Shown here: piece by piece, positions 36,506 to 46,835 of the stretch
How the letters are laid out: each line of letters starts with the position of its first letter
Numbering within the stretch: the stretch's first letter is position 1
NCBI GenBank assembly: GCA_965216915.1
Contig: CBDCGS010000011.1
Coordinates: forward strand, 1,314,569 to 1,378,568
DNA: 64,000 bases
Reading direction: 5' to 3'
DNA from: Alphaproteobacteria bacterium
Lineage (GTDB): Bacteria > Pseudomonadota > Alphaproteobacteria > UBA828
Made by a program: the position numbers and the translations under genes
Notes under the pieces: model-generated
Seen by the model: the letters and a program-made list of their open reading frames with translations, nothing else
Databases searched by the model: none
What the model was told of the DNA's origin: nothing

Positions 36506-38950
36506 CTAGCCTTTCACCCGCTTGCCTGCGGGATCGTAGAACGCACGCAGAGAGGCATCCGCCGGGAAGCGCTCGCAGGCGATCTCGATTTCCCAATCGC
36601 CGCTCTCGACATAATCCTTGGTGATGCCCTCCCCATGGTTGACATAGCCCATGCCGACCGAGGCGCCGAGGGTGAAGCCGTAGGCGCCTGAGCTGATATA
36701 GCCGACGATCTCACCGTCGCGGCGGATGAGCTCCTCGTGGAACAGCACCGGCTCGGCGTCGCGGAGCTTGAACATGACGAGGCGCTTGGGCAGTGGCCCG
36801 GCCTCCCTCTGGCGCGCCAGCGCGTCGTGCCCGATGAAGCCACCCGGCTTGTCGAGCTTGACGGTGAATCCGAGCCCGGCTTCGAGCGGCGTATCCTCGG
36901 GCGTCAGGTCGAGCTCATATTCGCGGTACGCGCGCTCGGAGCGGAGATGTTCGAGCGCATGATAGCCGGCGGGCTTGAGGCCGTTCCCGGCGCCCGCCTC
37001 CATCAGCGCGTCGAACACCCCCCGGGCGAATTCGGTCGGGATATGCAGTTCCCAACCGAGTTCGCCGACATAGGTCAGGCGGTTGAGGATGACGCGGGCA
37101 TAGCCGACGTCGGCCTCTTTCGACGTGGCGAAAGGGAAGGACTCGTTGTCGAGCGCGGTGTCGGTCACCTGCGACAGGATGTCGCGCGCGTTCGGGCCCT
37201 GCAGGGAGAGCACGGCATAGCCCGAGGTCACGTCCGTCAGGGTGACGTTGTCGTCATCCTCGATGTGGCGCTCGATCCATGCCTTGTCGCGCGGGTGAAC
37301 CGTCGCCGAGGAGATGATCAGGTAGCGGTTCTCGGCGAGCCGGTTGACCGTGATGTCGGTTTCGATGCCGCCACGGTTGTTCAGCATGTGGGTGTAGACG
37401 AGCTTGCCGATGGGCACGTCGACATTGCCGGCGCAAAGGCGCTGGAGAAATGACGTGGAGTCTCGGCCCTGGATGAGATGCTTGCCGAAGGAGCTTTGGT
37501 CGAGAAGGATCGCCGTCTCGCGCGCGGCCCGGCACTCCTCGGCCAAAGGCCCGAACCAGTTCGGCCGTGTGTGGGAATAGATGTTTTCGGTGGAGCCGCC
37601 GTCGGGCGCAAACCACATCGGCCGCTCCCAGCCCATGCCCTCGCCGAAGCTCGCGCCGAGCGCGGCCCAACAGTCGTGCAGAACGCTCTTGCGCACGTTG
37701 CGCGAGGTTTCCGGCTGGTAATGCGGCCAATGCGGCTTGTAGTGCAGGCCGACGATCTCCGTGGTGCGATGGTGCAGATAGGTGCGGTTGACCTGGAAGG
37801 GATGATAGCGCGCCACATCGACATGGCTGAGGTCGAGGGTCGGCTCGCCTTCGACGATCCATTCGGCGAGCGCTCGTCCGGCGCCGGGGCCGAACTCGAT
37901 GCCTTCCGAGTTGTAGCCGGCCGAGATGTAGCAATTGGGCAGGCCCGGCGCCTCGCCGAGGGCGAACAGCAGGTCCGGCGTGAAGCTTTCCGGCCCGTTG
38001 AGGAAGGTCTGGATACCGGCATGTTCGAGGTTCGGCAGGATCTCCATCGCCTTCGAAAAGGGCAGCGAAAAATGATCCCAATCCTCGGGCAGTTGGATGA
38101 AGGCGCTGTCGCGGGGCAATTGCTCCATGTGCAAGGGCTTGCCGACCGGCTCGAAGGCGCCGACGAGCCATTTACCGGCGTCTTCTTTGACATAGGTATA
38201 GCCGTCCGTGTCGCGCAGCACCGGGAGGCTGGGCGTGGCGGCGTCGAGCGCCTCGGTCACCACATAGAAGTGCTCGCACGGATAGAGCGGCACGCGCACG
38301 CCGAGCTGCGCTGCGAGATCGCGTGTCCAAAGGCCACAGGCGAGGATCAGCGTCTCGCATTGCACGGTGCCCTCGGCGGTCTCGGCGCGGTATTCACCGG
38401 AGGCGAGGCGCTCCAGCTTGCTCACCGGGCAGTTCTCCACCACTTTGACGCCGTTCTGGCGCGCTCCGGCGATGAGCGACAGGGTCGAATCCACCGGATT
38501 GGTCTGGCCGTCCTTGGGAATGTAGATCGCGCCCTCGATGATGCTCTCGTTCATCGCCGGGTAGATTTCTTTGGCTTCGGCCGGGGTGATGATCTGGGCT
38601 TCGATATCGAAGCTCTTGGCGATCGAGGCGACGCGCTTGGTCTCGAACAGGCGGTCCTTGGTGCGACAAACGCCGAGCGTGCCGTTCTGCTTGAAGCCGG
38701 TCGCCTGGCCGGTCTCCGCCTCGAGGTTGGAGTAGAGTTCGACATTGTAGCGCGCGAGCTCGGTGAGCGCGTGGGTCGAGCGGAGCTGCATGATCAGCCC
38801 GGCCGCGTGCCAAGTCGTGCCCGAGGTGAGCTGGTTGCGCTCGACGAGCAACGTATCGGTGCGGCCGAGCTTGGCGAGATGGTAGGCGGCGCTCGCACCG
38901 GCGACGCCGCCGCCGACGATCAGTGTTCGAATATATGAGGGGAAAGACAT
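36506..38950 (-). CDS. Second dimethylglycine/sarcosine dehydrogenase-family flavoprotein (FAD domain plus GcvT-like domain), 814 aa
   Basis: LIVGGGVAGASAAYHLAKLG Rossmann motif. It is a paralog of the 264-2720 gene, with the same architecture and C-terminal RSERAYREYELDLTPEDTPLEAGLGF block. The start was set at MSFPSY (38950). Confidence 0.85.
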   Translation of the reverse strand: MSFPSYIRTLIVGGGVAGASAAYHLAKLGRTDTLLVERNQLTSGTTWHAAGLIMQLRSTHALTELARYNVELYSNLEAETGQATGFKQNGTLGVCRTKDRLFETKRVASIAKSFDIEAQIITPAEAKEIYPAMNESIIEGAIYIPKDGQTNPVDSTLSLIAGARQNGVKVVENCPVSKLERLASGEYRAETAEGTVQCETLILACGLWTRDLAAQLGVRVPLYPCEHFYVVTEALDAATPSLPVLRDTDGYTYVKEDAGKWLVGAFEPVGKPLHMEQLPRDSAFIQLPEDWDHFSLPFSKAMEILPNLEHAGIQTFLNGPESFTPDLLFALGEAPGLPNCYISAGYNSEGIEFGPGAGRALAEWIVEGEPTLDLSHVDVARYHPFQVNRTYLHHRTTEIVGLHYKPHWPHYQPETSRNVRKSVLHDCWAALGASFGEGMGWERPMWFAPDGGSTENIYSHTRPNWFGPLAEECRAARETAILLDQSSFGKHLIQGRDSTSFLQRLCAGNVDVPIGKLVYTHMLNNRGGIETDITVNRLAENRYLIISSATVHPRDKAWIERHIEDDDNVTLTDVTSGYAVLSLQGPNARDILSQVTDTALDNESFPFATSKEADVGYARVILNRLTYVGELGWELHIPTEFARGVFDALMEAGAGNGLKPAGYHALEHLRSERAYREYELDLTPEDTPLEAGLGFTVKLDKPGGFIGHDALARQREAGPLPKRLVMFKLRDAEPVLFHEELIRRDGEIVGYISSGAYGFTLGASVGMGYVNHGEGITKDYVESGDWEIEIACERFPADASLRAFYDPAGKRVKG

Positions 38951-39334
38951 TCGACCGGCGGCCCCTCTTTGTATTGTCCGCAAGCGCTCGAGACCCCGCC
39001 CGGTTTCTCCGGGCTGGCTCGACTAAGCCAACAACTGATCGAACGACCGAACGATGTCAATGCCACGTTGCCGGTGGCGCAGTTTGTCGGTGCGATCTGG
39101 CGGCGAGGCCGACATCGCTGCCGTGACCGTCACGATGACGACCGGAAAAATTAGCCGGTGAGGATGATGCCGCGATGGCGGTGCTGGTTCTCGCGAGCCC
39201 TGTGCGCACGCCATCACGAGCGAATTTTCAGAAGCCGTCGATTGGTCGAGCGCCGTTGATCCTGATCAATGTGCGCCGGCTCGGCCGGTCTACCGTGACC
39301 TATCCCGAGTCAGCGTTTTGACACGCAGGAGGTT

Positions 39335-42300
39335 GTGATGTCGGAGGGGAGTGTCGGTCGGACAAGAATCACGAGAAGGACGTTCCTGTCACAACTGGCC
39401 GCCGCTGGGGCGGGGGCCGCCCTCATCTCCAAGCAAGCTGGCGCGTCGACGCGTTTGCTCGAGCCCCTGGAAATCGCGAACCCGCTGTCGGGTTATCCCA
39501 ACCGAGATTGGGAAAAGGTCTACCGCGACCTTTATAACAGCGACTCTTCGTTCACCTTCCTCTGCGCGCCAAACGACACGCACAATTGCCTGATGCGCGG
39601 CTTCGTCAAGAACGGCGTTGTGACCCGCATCGCACCGACCTACGGTTTCCACAAAGCGACCGACCTCGATGGAAACCGGGCGAGCCAGCGCTGGGATCCG
39701 CGCTGCTGCCAAAAAGGCTTGGCGCTCGTGCGCCGGTTCTACGGTGACCGCCGGTGCAAGCGGCCGCTCGTGCGCCGCGGTTTCTTGGAATGGGTGGAGG
39801 CAGGCTTTCCGCGCGACGCCGAGACCGGTGCGGTCGATCCCAAATACACCCAACGTGGCAAGGACCCGCTGTTGCCGATCAGCTGGGACGAGGCCTTCGA
39901 ACTCAGCGCCAAAGCGCTCGTCAACATCACGCGCACCTACTCCGGCACGGAGGGCAGTGCGCGGCTCAGCGCGCAGGGCTACGACCCCGCGATGGTCGCA
40001 GCCACCGGCGACGCCGGGACTCAGGTGCTCAAGTTTCGCGGCGGGATGCCGCCGCTCGGCATGACGCGGGTGTTTGCCCAATACCGCATGGCCAACGGCA
40101 TGGCGCTGCTCGACGACAAATTGCGCGGCACCGGCCCCGAGAAGGCCATCGGCGCCCGCGGGTGGGACAATTATAGCTGGCACACCGATCTGCCGCCCGG
40201 ACATCCCATGGTGACCGGTCAGCAGACGGTCGACTTCGATCTTTGCAACGTCGAGCACGCCAATCTCGTGCTCGTTTGGGGCATGAACTGGATCACCACC
40301 AAGATGCCCGACGCGCACTGGATGACCGAGGCGCGTATGAAGGGCACCAAGATCGTGGTGATCGCGGCTGAGTACAGCGCGACCGCGAACAAAGGTGACG
40401 AGGTCATCATCGTGCGCCCCGGCACCACACCGGCTCTCGCGCTCGGCATCGCGCAGGTGATCATCGAAGAAGGCCTCTATGACGCCGACTACGTCAAAGC
40501 CAACACCGACCTGCCGATGCTCGTGCGCCTCGACACCGGCGAGCGCTTGCGGGCGGACGAGGTGTTCGACAGCCACCAGCTCGCCGCGCTGAAGAACAAC
40601 ACCGTGGTGCTGGCCAAAGGCGAGAAAGGCCCGCCCATCCACAAGCAGCCAGGTCCGGTCATGAGCGCAGCGCAGCGTGAGACCTGGGGCGACGCCGTGC
40701 TGTGGGACACCAACACCGGCGGCCCAGTCGCGATCAATCGCGATGCTGTGGGCAGCCATTTCGCGCCACTCGGCATCGATCCGGCGCTCGAGGGGACTTT
40801 CGAGGTCACGTTGGTCTCGGGCGAGCGCGTCGGGTGCCGCACCGTGTTTGACGTCACGCGCGAGGTCCTGGACGGAAGCTACCGGCCGGCGGATGTCGAA
40901 AAGCTGACCTGGGCTCCGGCAGACGCGGTTCGCGGCCTCGCCCGCCAGATCGCGAAGAGCATGGACAAGACCCTCTTCGTGATGGGAATGGGACCGAACC
41001 AGTTCTTCAACAACGACCTCAAGGATCGCGCGGTCTTCCTCGTCGCGGCGCTAACGCGCAATGTCGGGAAGATTGGCGGCAATGTCGGGAGTTATGCCGG
41101 CAACTACCGGGCGAGCTTCTTCAACGGATTGCCGCAATATATCGGCGAGGACCCCTTCGATATCGAGCTCGACCCCAGCAAGCCGGCGCGCCCGCGCATG
41201 CGCTGGAAACCCGAGAGCGTTCACTATTTCAACCATGGCGAGAAGATCCTCCGCGTCGGTAAGGCGATGCTCACCGGCAAGTCGCACATCCCGACACCGA
41301 CGAAGTCGATCATGGTGAGCAATTCAAACTCGCTCATCGGCAACGCGAAGGGCCACTACGACACGGTCGTCAATGTGCTGCCCAAGGTTGAGTTCATCGC
41401 CATTAGCGAGTGGTGGTGGACGGCGAGCTGCGAGTATTCCGACATCATCTTCCCGGTCGATAGCTGGGCCGAGTTCGCCTACCCGGACATGTCGATCAGC
41501 GTGACCAACCCGTTTCTCTACGTGTTTCCGACCACACCATTGTCACGCATGCACGACACCCGCTCCGACATGGAGGTGGCCGAAGGCGTCGCGCGGGCGA
41601 TCGGACGCATCACAGGCGATCCCCGGCATGAGGACTATTGGCGGTTCGTGCGCGAGGGGAATGCGCGGCCCTACATTCAGCGCATTCTCGATCATTCCAA
41701 TGCGACGCGGGGCTACAGGATCGAGGATTTGGAGCGCGAGGCGGAAGATGGTGTGCCGGCGATCCTGCAGACCCGAACCTATCCCAAGGTCGGTGCATGG
41801 GAGCAGGGGAATGAAAGCAAGCCCTGGTACACCAAGACCGGGCGGCTCGAATTCTATCGCGACGAGCCGGAATTCATGGACAGCGGCGAAAATATCGTCG
41901 TGCACCGCGAGCCCGTGGATTCCACCTTCTACGAGCCCAACGTCATTGTCGCCAAACCGCACCCTCTGATTCGCCCGAAAGCGCCGGCCGACTACGGCCT
42001 CGCCCAAGACGACGTCTCCGGCGAGGCGCGCCAGGCGCGTCACGTGCTGCGCTCGGTGGATGAGGTGCTGGCCTCCGAGCATCCGCTCACCAAGGATGGC
42101 TATCACTTCATCTTCCACACCCCGAAATACCGCCATGGCGCGCACACCATGGGTGTGGACACCGACATCGTGGCACTTTGGTTCGGCCCGTTCGGCACCA
42201 TGCACCGCAACGACAAGCGCATGCCTTTCATCACGGAGGCGTTCGTCGACATCAACCCGCTGGACGCGCAGGAGATGGGGATCGATGACGGCGACTACAT

Positions 42301-42823
42301 CTATGTCGATGCCGACCCCCACGACCGTCCGTTCTACGGCTGGCAAAGCAAGCCGGACGACTACAAGGTCGCGCGGCTGCTCATCCGGGCCCGCTACTAT
42401 CCGGGCACGCCGCGCGGCGTCACACGGGTTTGGCACAACATGTACGGCGCCACCTACAGCTCCGTGGCGGGGCAAGAGACGAACGGCACAGGCCTCGCCA
42501 AGTCTCCCGAGACGGGGTACCAGGCGCTGTTTCGTCGCGGCAGCCATCAAAGCTGCACCCGCGGCTGGCTCAAGCCGACCTGGATGACGGATACCCTGAC
42601 GGTCAAGGGGCTGCTCGGACAGAAGATCACCAAGGGCTTCGTGCCGGACGTTCATTGCCCGACCGGGGCGCCGCGCGAATCCTATGTCCGTATCACGCGA
42701 GCGGAAGCCGGGGGCATCGACGGCGTGGCGCCCTGGAAGCCGGCTCGGCTCGGACTCCGACCGACTTACGAAAACGAACTCCTGAAGAGCTTCATCGCCG
42801 GACGTTTCGTGAACCGCGTCTGA
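39335..42823 (+). CDS. Molybdopterin oxidoreductase catalytic alpha subunit, type-II DMSO-reductase family (NarG/EbdA/DdhA-like), Tat-exported, 1162 aa
   Basis: Twin-arginine motif [18 protein letters not shown]. An N-terminal FS0-like region ([11 protein letters not shown]...x38...RCCQKG) is followed by molybdopterin-binding domains. The start is GTG at 39335 or ATG at 39338, after CAGGAGG. Confidence 0.85.
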   Translation: MMSEGSVGRTRITRRTFLSQLAAAGAGAALISKQAGASTRLLEPLEIANPLSGYPNRDWEKVYRDLYNSDSSFTFLCAPNDTHNCLMRGFVKNGVVTRIAPTYGFHKATDLDGNRASQRWDPRCCQKGLALVRRFYGDRRCKRPLVRRGFLEWVEAGFPRDAETGAVDPKYTQRGKDPLLPISWDEAFELSAKALVNITRTYSGTEGSARLSAQGYDPAMVAATGDAGTQVLKFRGGMPPLGMTRVFAQYRMANGMALLDDKLRGTGPEKAIGARGWDNYSWHTDLPPGHPMVTGQQTVDFDLCNVEHANLVLVWGMNWITTKMPDAHWMTEARMKGTKIVVIAAEYSATANKGDEVIIVRPGTTPALALGIAQVIIEEGLYDADYVKANTDLPMLVRLDTGERLRADEVFDSHQLAALKNNTVVLAKGEKGPPIHKQPGPVMSAAQRETWGDAVLWDTNTGGPVAINRDAVGSHFAPLGIDPALEGTFEVTLVSGERVGCRTVFDVTREVLDGSYRPADVEKLTWAPADAVRGLARQIAKSMDKTLFVMGMGPNQFFNNDLKDRAVFLVAALTRNVGKIGGNVGSYAGNYRASFFNGLPQYIGEDPFDIELDPSKPARPRMRWKPESVHYFNHGEKILRVGKAMLTGKSHIPTPTKSIMVSNSNSLIGNAKGHYDTVVNVLPKVEFIAISEWWWTASCEYSDIIFPVDSWAEFAYPDMSISVTNPFLYVFPTTPLSRMHDTRSDMEVAEGVARAIGRITGDPRHEDYWRFVREGNARPYIQRILDHSNATRGYRIEDLEREAEDGVPAILQTRTYPKVGAWEQGNESKPWYTKTGRLEFYRDEPEFMDSGENIVVHREPVDSTFYEPNVIVAKPHPLIRPKAPADYGLAQDDVSGEARQARHVLRSVDEVLASEHPLTKDGYHFIFHTPKYRHGAHTMGVDTDIVALWFGPFGTMHRNDKRMPFITEAFVDINPLDAQEMGIDDGDYIYVDADPHDRPFYGWQSKPDDYKVARLLIRARYYPGTPRGVTRVWHNMYGATYSSVAGQETNGTGLAKSPETGYQALFRRGSHQSCTRGWLKPTWMTDTLTVKGLLGQKITKGFVPDVHCPTGAPRESYVRITRAEAGGIDGVAPWKPARLGLRPTYENELLKSFIAGRFVNRV

Positions 42824-42870
42824 TCGGCGGCGGCCGGTCGGAAACCAGTCCCTTTGGACAGGAGGAAAGA

Positions 42871-43998
42871 ATGGCCAAGCGGCAGAATTGGCAGATCGGG
42901 CGAGACATCGACTACCCCTACGAGGGCCCGCCTCCGCAAAAGCAAGTCGCCTATATCTTCGACACGAACAAGTGCATCGCGTGCCAGACCTGTACGGTGG
43001 CCTGCAAGACCTGTTGGACCAGCGGCAAAGGCCAGGAGACGGTCTTTTGGAACAATGTCGAGAGCAAGCCATATGGCGGCTACCCGACGGGTTGGGACAT
43101 CAAGCTGCTGGATAAGCTCGGGCCGGCCGAATGGTCCGGCGATGTGCTCGCGAGCAGAACGCCGTTCGACGGCCTGGATGATTTCGAGCAGCCGCGGGGC
43201 TACCGGCCGGATGCCGACGACTATGGCCAGCCCAACCTGGGCGAGGACGAGATCACCGGCACGCTCGACAAAGGCGCTCATTTCGAGGGCGTGCATCCGA
43301 TGTGGATGTTCTATCTCGCCCGCATCTGCAACCATTGCAGCAATCCCGCCTGCCTCGCCGCTTGCCCGCGCAAGGCGATCTACAAGCGGGATGAAGACGG
43401 GATCGTGCTGGTCGACCAGGAGCGCTGCCGCGGTTACCAGGAGTGTGTGCGCGCTTGCCCTTACAAGAAGGTGTTCTACAACCTGGTCAGCCGGATCTCG
43501 GAGAAATGCATCGGGTGCTTCCCGCGCGTAGAGCAGGGCGAGGTCGCGCTCTGCGTCGAATCGTGCATCGGCAAGATTCGTTTTCACGGGTTCCTGTCCA
43601 CTCAGGAGGCGCCACGCGACGACAACCCGCTGGATTACATCGTCAAGATTCGCAAGCTCGCGTTGCCGCTCTATCCGCAGTTCGGCACGGCGCCGAACGT
43701 CTATTACATTCCACCACTCCACGTGCCGAACGGCTTCCTGGAGCAGGTCTTTGGGACCGGTGTTGAAGCCGCCAAGGAAGTCTATCGCAACCTCAAGGAC
43801 GACCCACAGCTGCTCGGCGCGCTTCTGCTTTTCGGCGCCAGCAACCGTATCATCATGCGCTACGAGGTGCGGGGCGAAGAGGTCGTGGGCTGGGATGTGG
43901 ATGGCACCGAGGTCGCACGCGTGCCGTTTACGGAGCCGACCTACATCCGCGAACACTACGACGCCAAGTTTGACGCCTACCGGCACAACACGACTTGA
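42871..43998 (+). CDS. Iron-sulfur beta subunit (NarH/EbdB-like, four-cluster ferredoxin) of the type-II molybdoenzyme
   Basis: RBS AGGAGGAAAG. Cys clusters CIACQTCTVACK..., CNHCSNPACLAACP..., CRGYQECVRACP, CIGCFPRVEQG...CVESC. Confidence 0.85.
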   Translation: MAKRQNWQIGRDIDYPYEGPPPQKQVAYIFDTNKCIACQTCTVACKTCWTSGKGQETVFWNNVESKPYGGYPTGWDIKLLDKLGPAEWSGDVLASRTPFDGLDDFEQPRGYRPDADDYGQPNLGEDEITGTLDKGAHFEGVHPMWMFYLARICNHCSNPACLAACPRKAIYKRDEDGIVLVDQERCRGYQECVRACPYKKVFYNLVSRISEKCIGCFPRVEQGEVALCVESCIGKIRFHGFLSTQEAPRDDNPLDYIVKIRKLALPLYPQFGTAPNVYYIPPLHVPNGFLEQVFGTGVEAAKEVYRNLKDDPQLLGALLLFGASNRIIMRYEVRGEEVVGWDVDGTEVARVPFTEPTYIREHYDAKFDAYRHNTT

Positions 43999-44012
43999 GC
44001 GGAGGAGCCAAC

Positions 44013-44951
44013 ATGAAACCGTTTGCTCGTTTGATCCTGGTGGCGGGCTGCCTGGCCGGCGCAGCGAACACATCGGGGCTCGCCGCTGGCGAACCCTCGG
44101 CGAGCTGGCCGGCCGCGGGCGTCGCGGCCTTGCCCGAGGTCGCGGTGGTTGCCGCCGAGGAGCTGGTCGTGGTCAAGATCGACCATGCGCTCCTGAGCGA
44201 GGACCCCTATTCGGTCGATTGGTGGGTGGCGCCGTATGTCGAGGTCGAGATTGACGCCCAGCAAATGGCGCGGCCTGCGCTCGACGAGGCATCGGTCGGC
44301 ACACTTCGCGTCCAGGGCCTCACAGACGGAACCTACATCGCATGGCGGGTCTCCTGGCGCGACACGACGCCCGATGGCAACGTCGACGTCAGCCGCTTCA
44401 CGGATGGCGTTGCGGTCGAATTTCCGTTGGATCCGGACGCGCTGCCGATGATGGGCGACGAAGAGTCGAAGGTGCAGATCCTCTACTGGAAGGCGTTGTG
44501 GCAGAAGGATATCGACGTCGGGTTTCAGGATGTCCAGGACGTGCATCCGAATTTCTGGACCGATCTCTACTGGTTCGCGGAGGGAGAATTCCCCTATCCG
44601 GTTCCGACGGCCTTTGAGAACCCGGTGGCGATGCAGTGGTTCGTCGCGCATCAAGCGGGCAACCCGATGGCGGCTTTCTCACGCCGTCAGCCCGTCCAAG
44701 AGCTCGTGGCGAAGGGGTGGAGCACGCTGACGATCCAGCCTTATTCGGTGACCACCTCACGCGGCACTTGGGTGCGCGACAGTTGGGCTGTCGTGTTCCG
44801 CCGCCCGATGATCACCGACGACCCGCTCGACTATCAGTTTGCCGCGGGCATGGCAGGGCAGATCGCCTTCGCGGTGTGGGACGGCGCGTCGAACAATGTC
44901 GGGGGCCGCAAGCACTGGTCGGACTGGGTGGATTTTCGAATCGAGGAGTGA
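44013..44951 (+). CDS. Heme-b gamma subunit (EbdC/DdhC/SerC-like 'ethylbenzene-dehydrogenase-related' domain) with Sec signal peptide
   Basis: RBS GGAGGAG before the ATG at 44013. Signal peptide MKPFARLILVAGCLAGAANTSGLAAG. Its position after the alpha and beta genes is typical of type-II enzymes. Confidence 0.7.
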   Translation: MKPFARLILVAGCLAGAANTSGLAAGEPSASWPAAGVAALPEVAVVAAEELVVVKIDHALLSEDPYSVDWWVAPYVEVEIDAQQMARPALDEASVGTLRVQGLTDGTYIAWRVSWRDTTPDGNVDVSRFTDGVAVEFPLDPDALPMMGDEESKVQILYWKALWQKDIDVGFQDVQDVHPNFWTDLYWFAEGEFPYPVPTAFENPVAMQWFVAHQAGNPMAAFSRRQPVQELVAKGWSTLTIQPYSVTTSRGTWVRDSWAVVFRRPMITDDPLDYQFAAGMAGQIAFAVWDGASNNVGGRKHWSDWVDFRIEE

Positions 44952-44954
44952 GCC

Positions 44955-45668
44955 ATGGCTTCGACGCCTCTCCAGCTGCTCGCGCAGGCCGACCTGTTGC
45001 TATTCGTTGCGGATGGCTTTCGCGAGCCCAACGATGCCTTGCGTGACGGTTTTTCCGAAACGGCCTCGGCGCTTCCGGCACTCATCGAACGCGCGGGGGC
45101 CGGCCGCGCCGTCGAAGCGTCGTTCGAGGAGGCTCGTGCCGCGCTCGATGCTCTCGACGTGGCGCGCTGGCGCGAGGAGTTCACTTATCTGTTCGAAGGC
45201 GGTGTCGAATGCCCCATCAACGAGGCGGGCTTCGTGCGGCGCGACAAAGGCGCGATCCTCGGCGATATCGCCGGTTTCTACCGTGCCTTCGGGTTCCGTC
45301 TCACTGATGACTGCAACGAGCGCGTCGACCATCTCGTCTGCGAACTGGAATTCACGGCCATGCTGCTCGTCTTGTGGGCGCAAGCCGAGACGGGTGGGGA
45401 GAGGGCGCACGCCGAGATCAGCCGCGACGCGCTCGACGCCTTCACCTACGCGCATTTGGGCGAATGGTTACCCGCTTTCTGCGAGCGGTTGGAGGAAGTG
45501 ACCGCTCTTCCGTACTATTGTCATCTTGCGCGCTTGCTGGCTGTCGCGTGGGCGCACGTTTGCCAGCAGAACGCGCTGGCGGTGCCGGCCGAGCCGAACC
45601 TGTCGGACCCCGGAGAGGACGAGGGCACGCCGTACGAATGCGGTCTCGCAGACGCCGGAATCGCCTGA
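44955..45668 (+). CDS. TorD/NarJ/DdhD-family redox-enzyme maturation chaperone (delta)
   Basis: 237-aa acidic helical protein. Its position and size match the delta chaperones of type-II molybdoenzyme operons. Confidence 0.65.
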   Translation: MASTPLQLLAQADLLLFVADGFREPNDALRDGFSETASALPALIERAGAGRAVEASFEEARAALDALDVARWREEFTYLFEGGVECPINEAGFVRRDKGAILGDIAGFYRAFGFRLTDDCNERVDHLVCELEFTAMLLVLWAQAETGGERAHAEISRDALDAFTYAHLGEWLPAFCERLEEVTALPYYCHLARLLAVAWAHVCQQNALAVPAEPNLSDPGEDEGTPYECGLADAGIA

Positions 45669-45803
45669 GGCGGCTTCACCGCCTGCGCAAGGCCCCGGCG
45701 TTCGCCCCACGAGGTCTCCGACGCGGCGCGCCTTGGCACACGCGATCCCAAACGGAGGGACAAACGCCGGGAAGCAGTCAGCGCGGGAGCTGGGGGGATA
45801 ACC

Positions 45804-46586
45804 ATGAGACTAGAAGACAAGACCGCACTCGTCACAGGGGCGACGGCTGGTATTGGGGAAGCTTGTGCGAAGCTATTTGCGGCGGAAGGCGCGCGCGTGT
45901 TGTTCACCGGGCGCGATGTGCCCCGGGGCAATGCTGTGCTCGAAGCGATTACAGACGCCGGAGGGACGGCCGAATTCGTAACGGCGGATCTGCGGGAGAG
46001 CGGCGCGTGCGACCGACTTGTCGAGGAAACCGTAGAGCGGCTGGGTCGCATAGACGTTCTCGTCAACAACGCTGGCATCCTCTATTCGGCCCCAGCCGCT
46101 GAAACGACGGACGAGCAATGGGAGGACACCTTTGCTGTCAACGTGACCGCCGTTTTCCAATTGGCACGTGCCGCGCTGAGAAAGATGATTGCGCAGGGTG
46201 GCGGTTCAATCGTCAACATTGCGTCCGAGTCGGGGTTAAACGGCGAGCCGGGCCTTACTGCTTATTGCGCCAGCAAAGGCGCGGTCATTCAAATGACCAA
46301 ATGCATGGCGCTGGATCATATCGGCGACAACGTGCGGATTAACTCGGTCTGCCCAGGTGAAACGATGACCAAAATGATCGACGACTGGCTTCAGTCTCTG
46401 CCGGGCAATATCGAGGACAATATCGACGCTCTAGCCAAGGTCCTCCCGATCAAACGTTTGGCGCGACCCGAGGAAGTCGCCAACGCCGCGCTTTTCCTCG
46501 CGTCCGATGAAGCAAGCTATTGTGTCGGCACAAATCTCTCAGTTGATGGCGGCACCGCCGCGACCGGCGGGCCCTATCCGGTATGA
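45804..46586 (+). CDS. SDR-family oxidoreductase (candidate secondary-alcohol dehydrogenase of the pathway)
   Basis: TALVTGATAGIGEA, NNAG, catalytic YCASKGAV. It immediately follows the molybdoenzyme operon, analogous to ped after ebdABCD. Confidence 0.85.
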   Translation: MRLEDKTALVTGATAGIGEACAKLFAAEGARVLFTGRDVPRGNAVLEAITDAGGTAEFVTADLRESGACDRLVEETVERLGRIDVLVNNAGILYSAPAAETTDEQWEDTFAVNVTAVFQLARAALRKMIAQGGGSIVNIASESGLNGEPGLTAYCASKGAVIQMTKCMALDHIGDNVRINSVCPGETMTKMIDDWLQSLPGNIEDNIDALAKVLPIKRLARPEEVANAALFLASDEASYCVGTNLSVDGGTAATGGPYPV

Positions 46587-46835
46587 CACACTAGCTCGCG
46601 CCGCCTCTTCGGCCTTCCACGTGGCGAAAGGGGTACGATCACGCTGGGGGACGCCGGCAACTCGCGCGGCGTTTGTAGGGCGATGAGGTGCAGCAGTTCG
46701 AGCCTGCCGTGTACCATTGTCGGTGGCGGGTCGAGATGAAATTTCATCCAACGGATCGTCCTGACGAAGTGTTCTTGTGCGGTTCGGGCAATCGTGCCCC
46801 ACCCTGGAGCACTCCGATTGGAGGCTGACACAGCG

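Noticed and set aside
37478-38938. 486-aa plus-strand ORF (and the 37254-38193 minus ORFs in other frames) inside the second DMGDH paralog
   Set aside because: Alternative-frame or antisense translations of a gene whose true frame has clear FAD and GcvT motifs.
42766-44073. 435-aa minus-strand ORF opposite the Fe-S beta subunit, and the 41543-43072 minus ORF opposite the alpha subunit
   Set aside because: Antisense to genes with strong Cys-cluster and molybdopterin motifs. R/A-rich artefacts.
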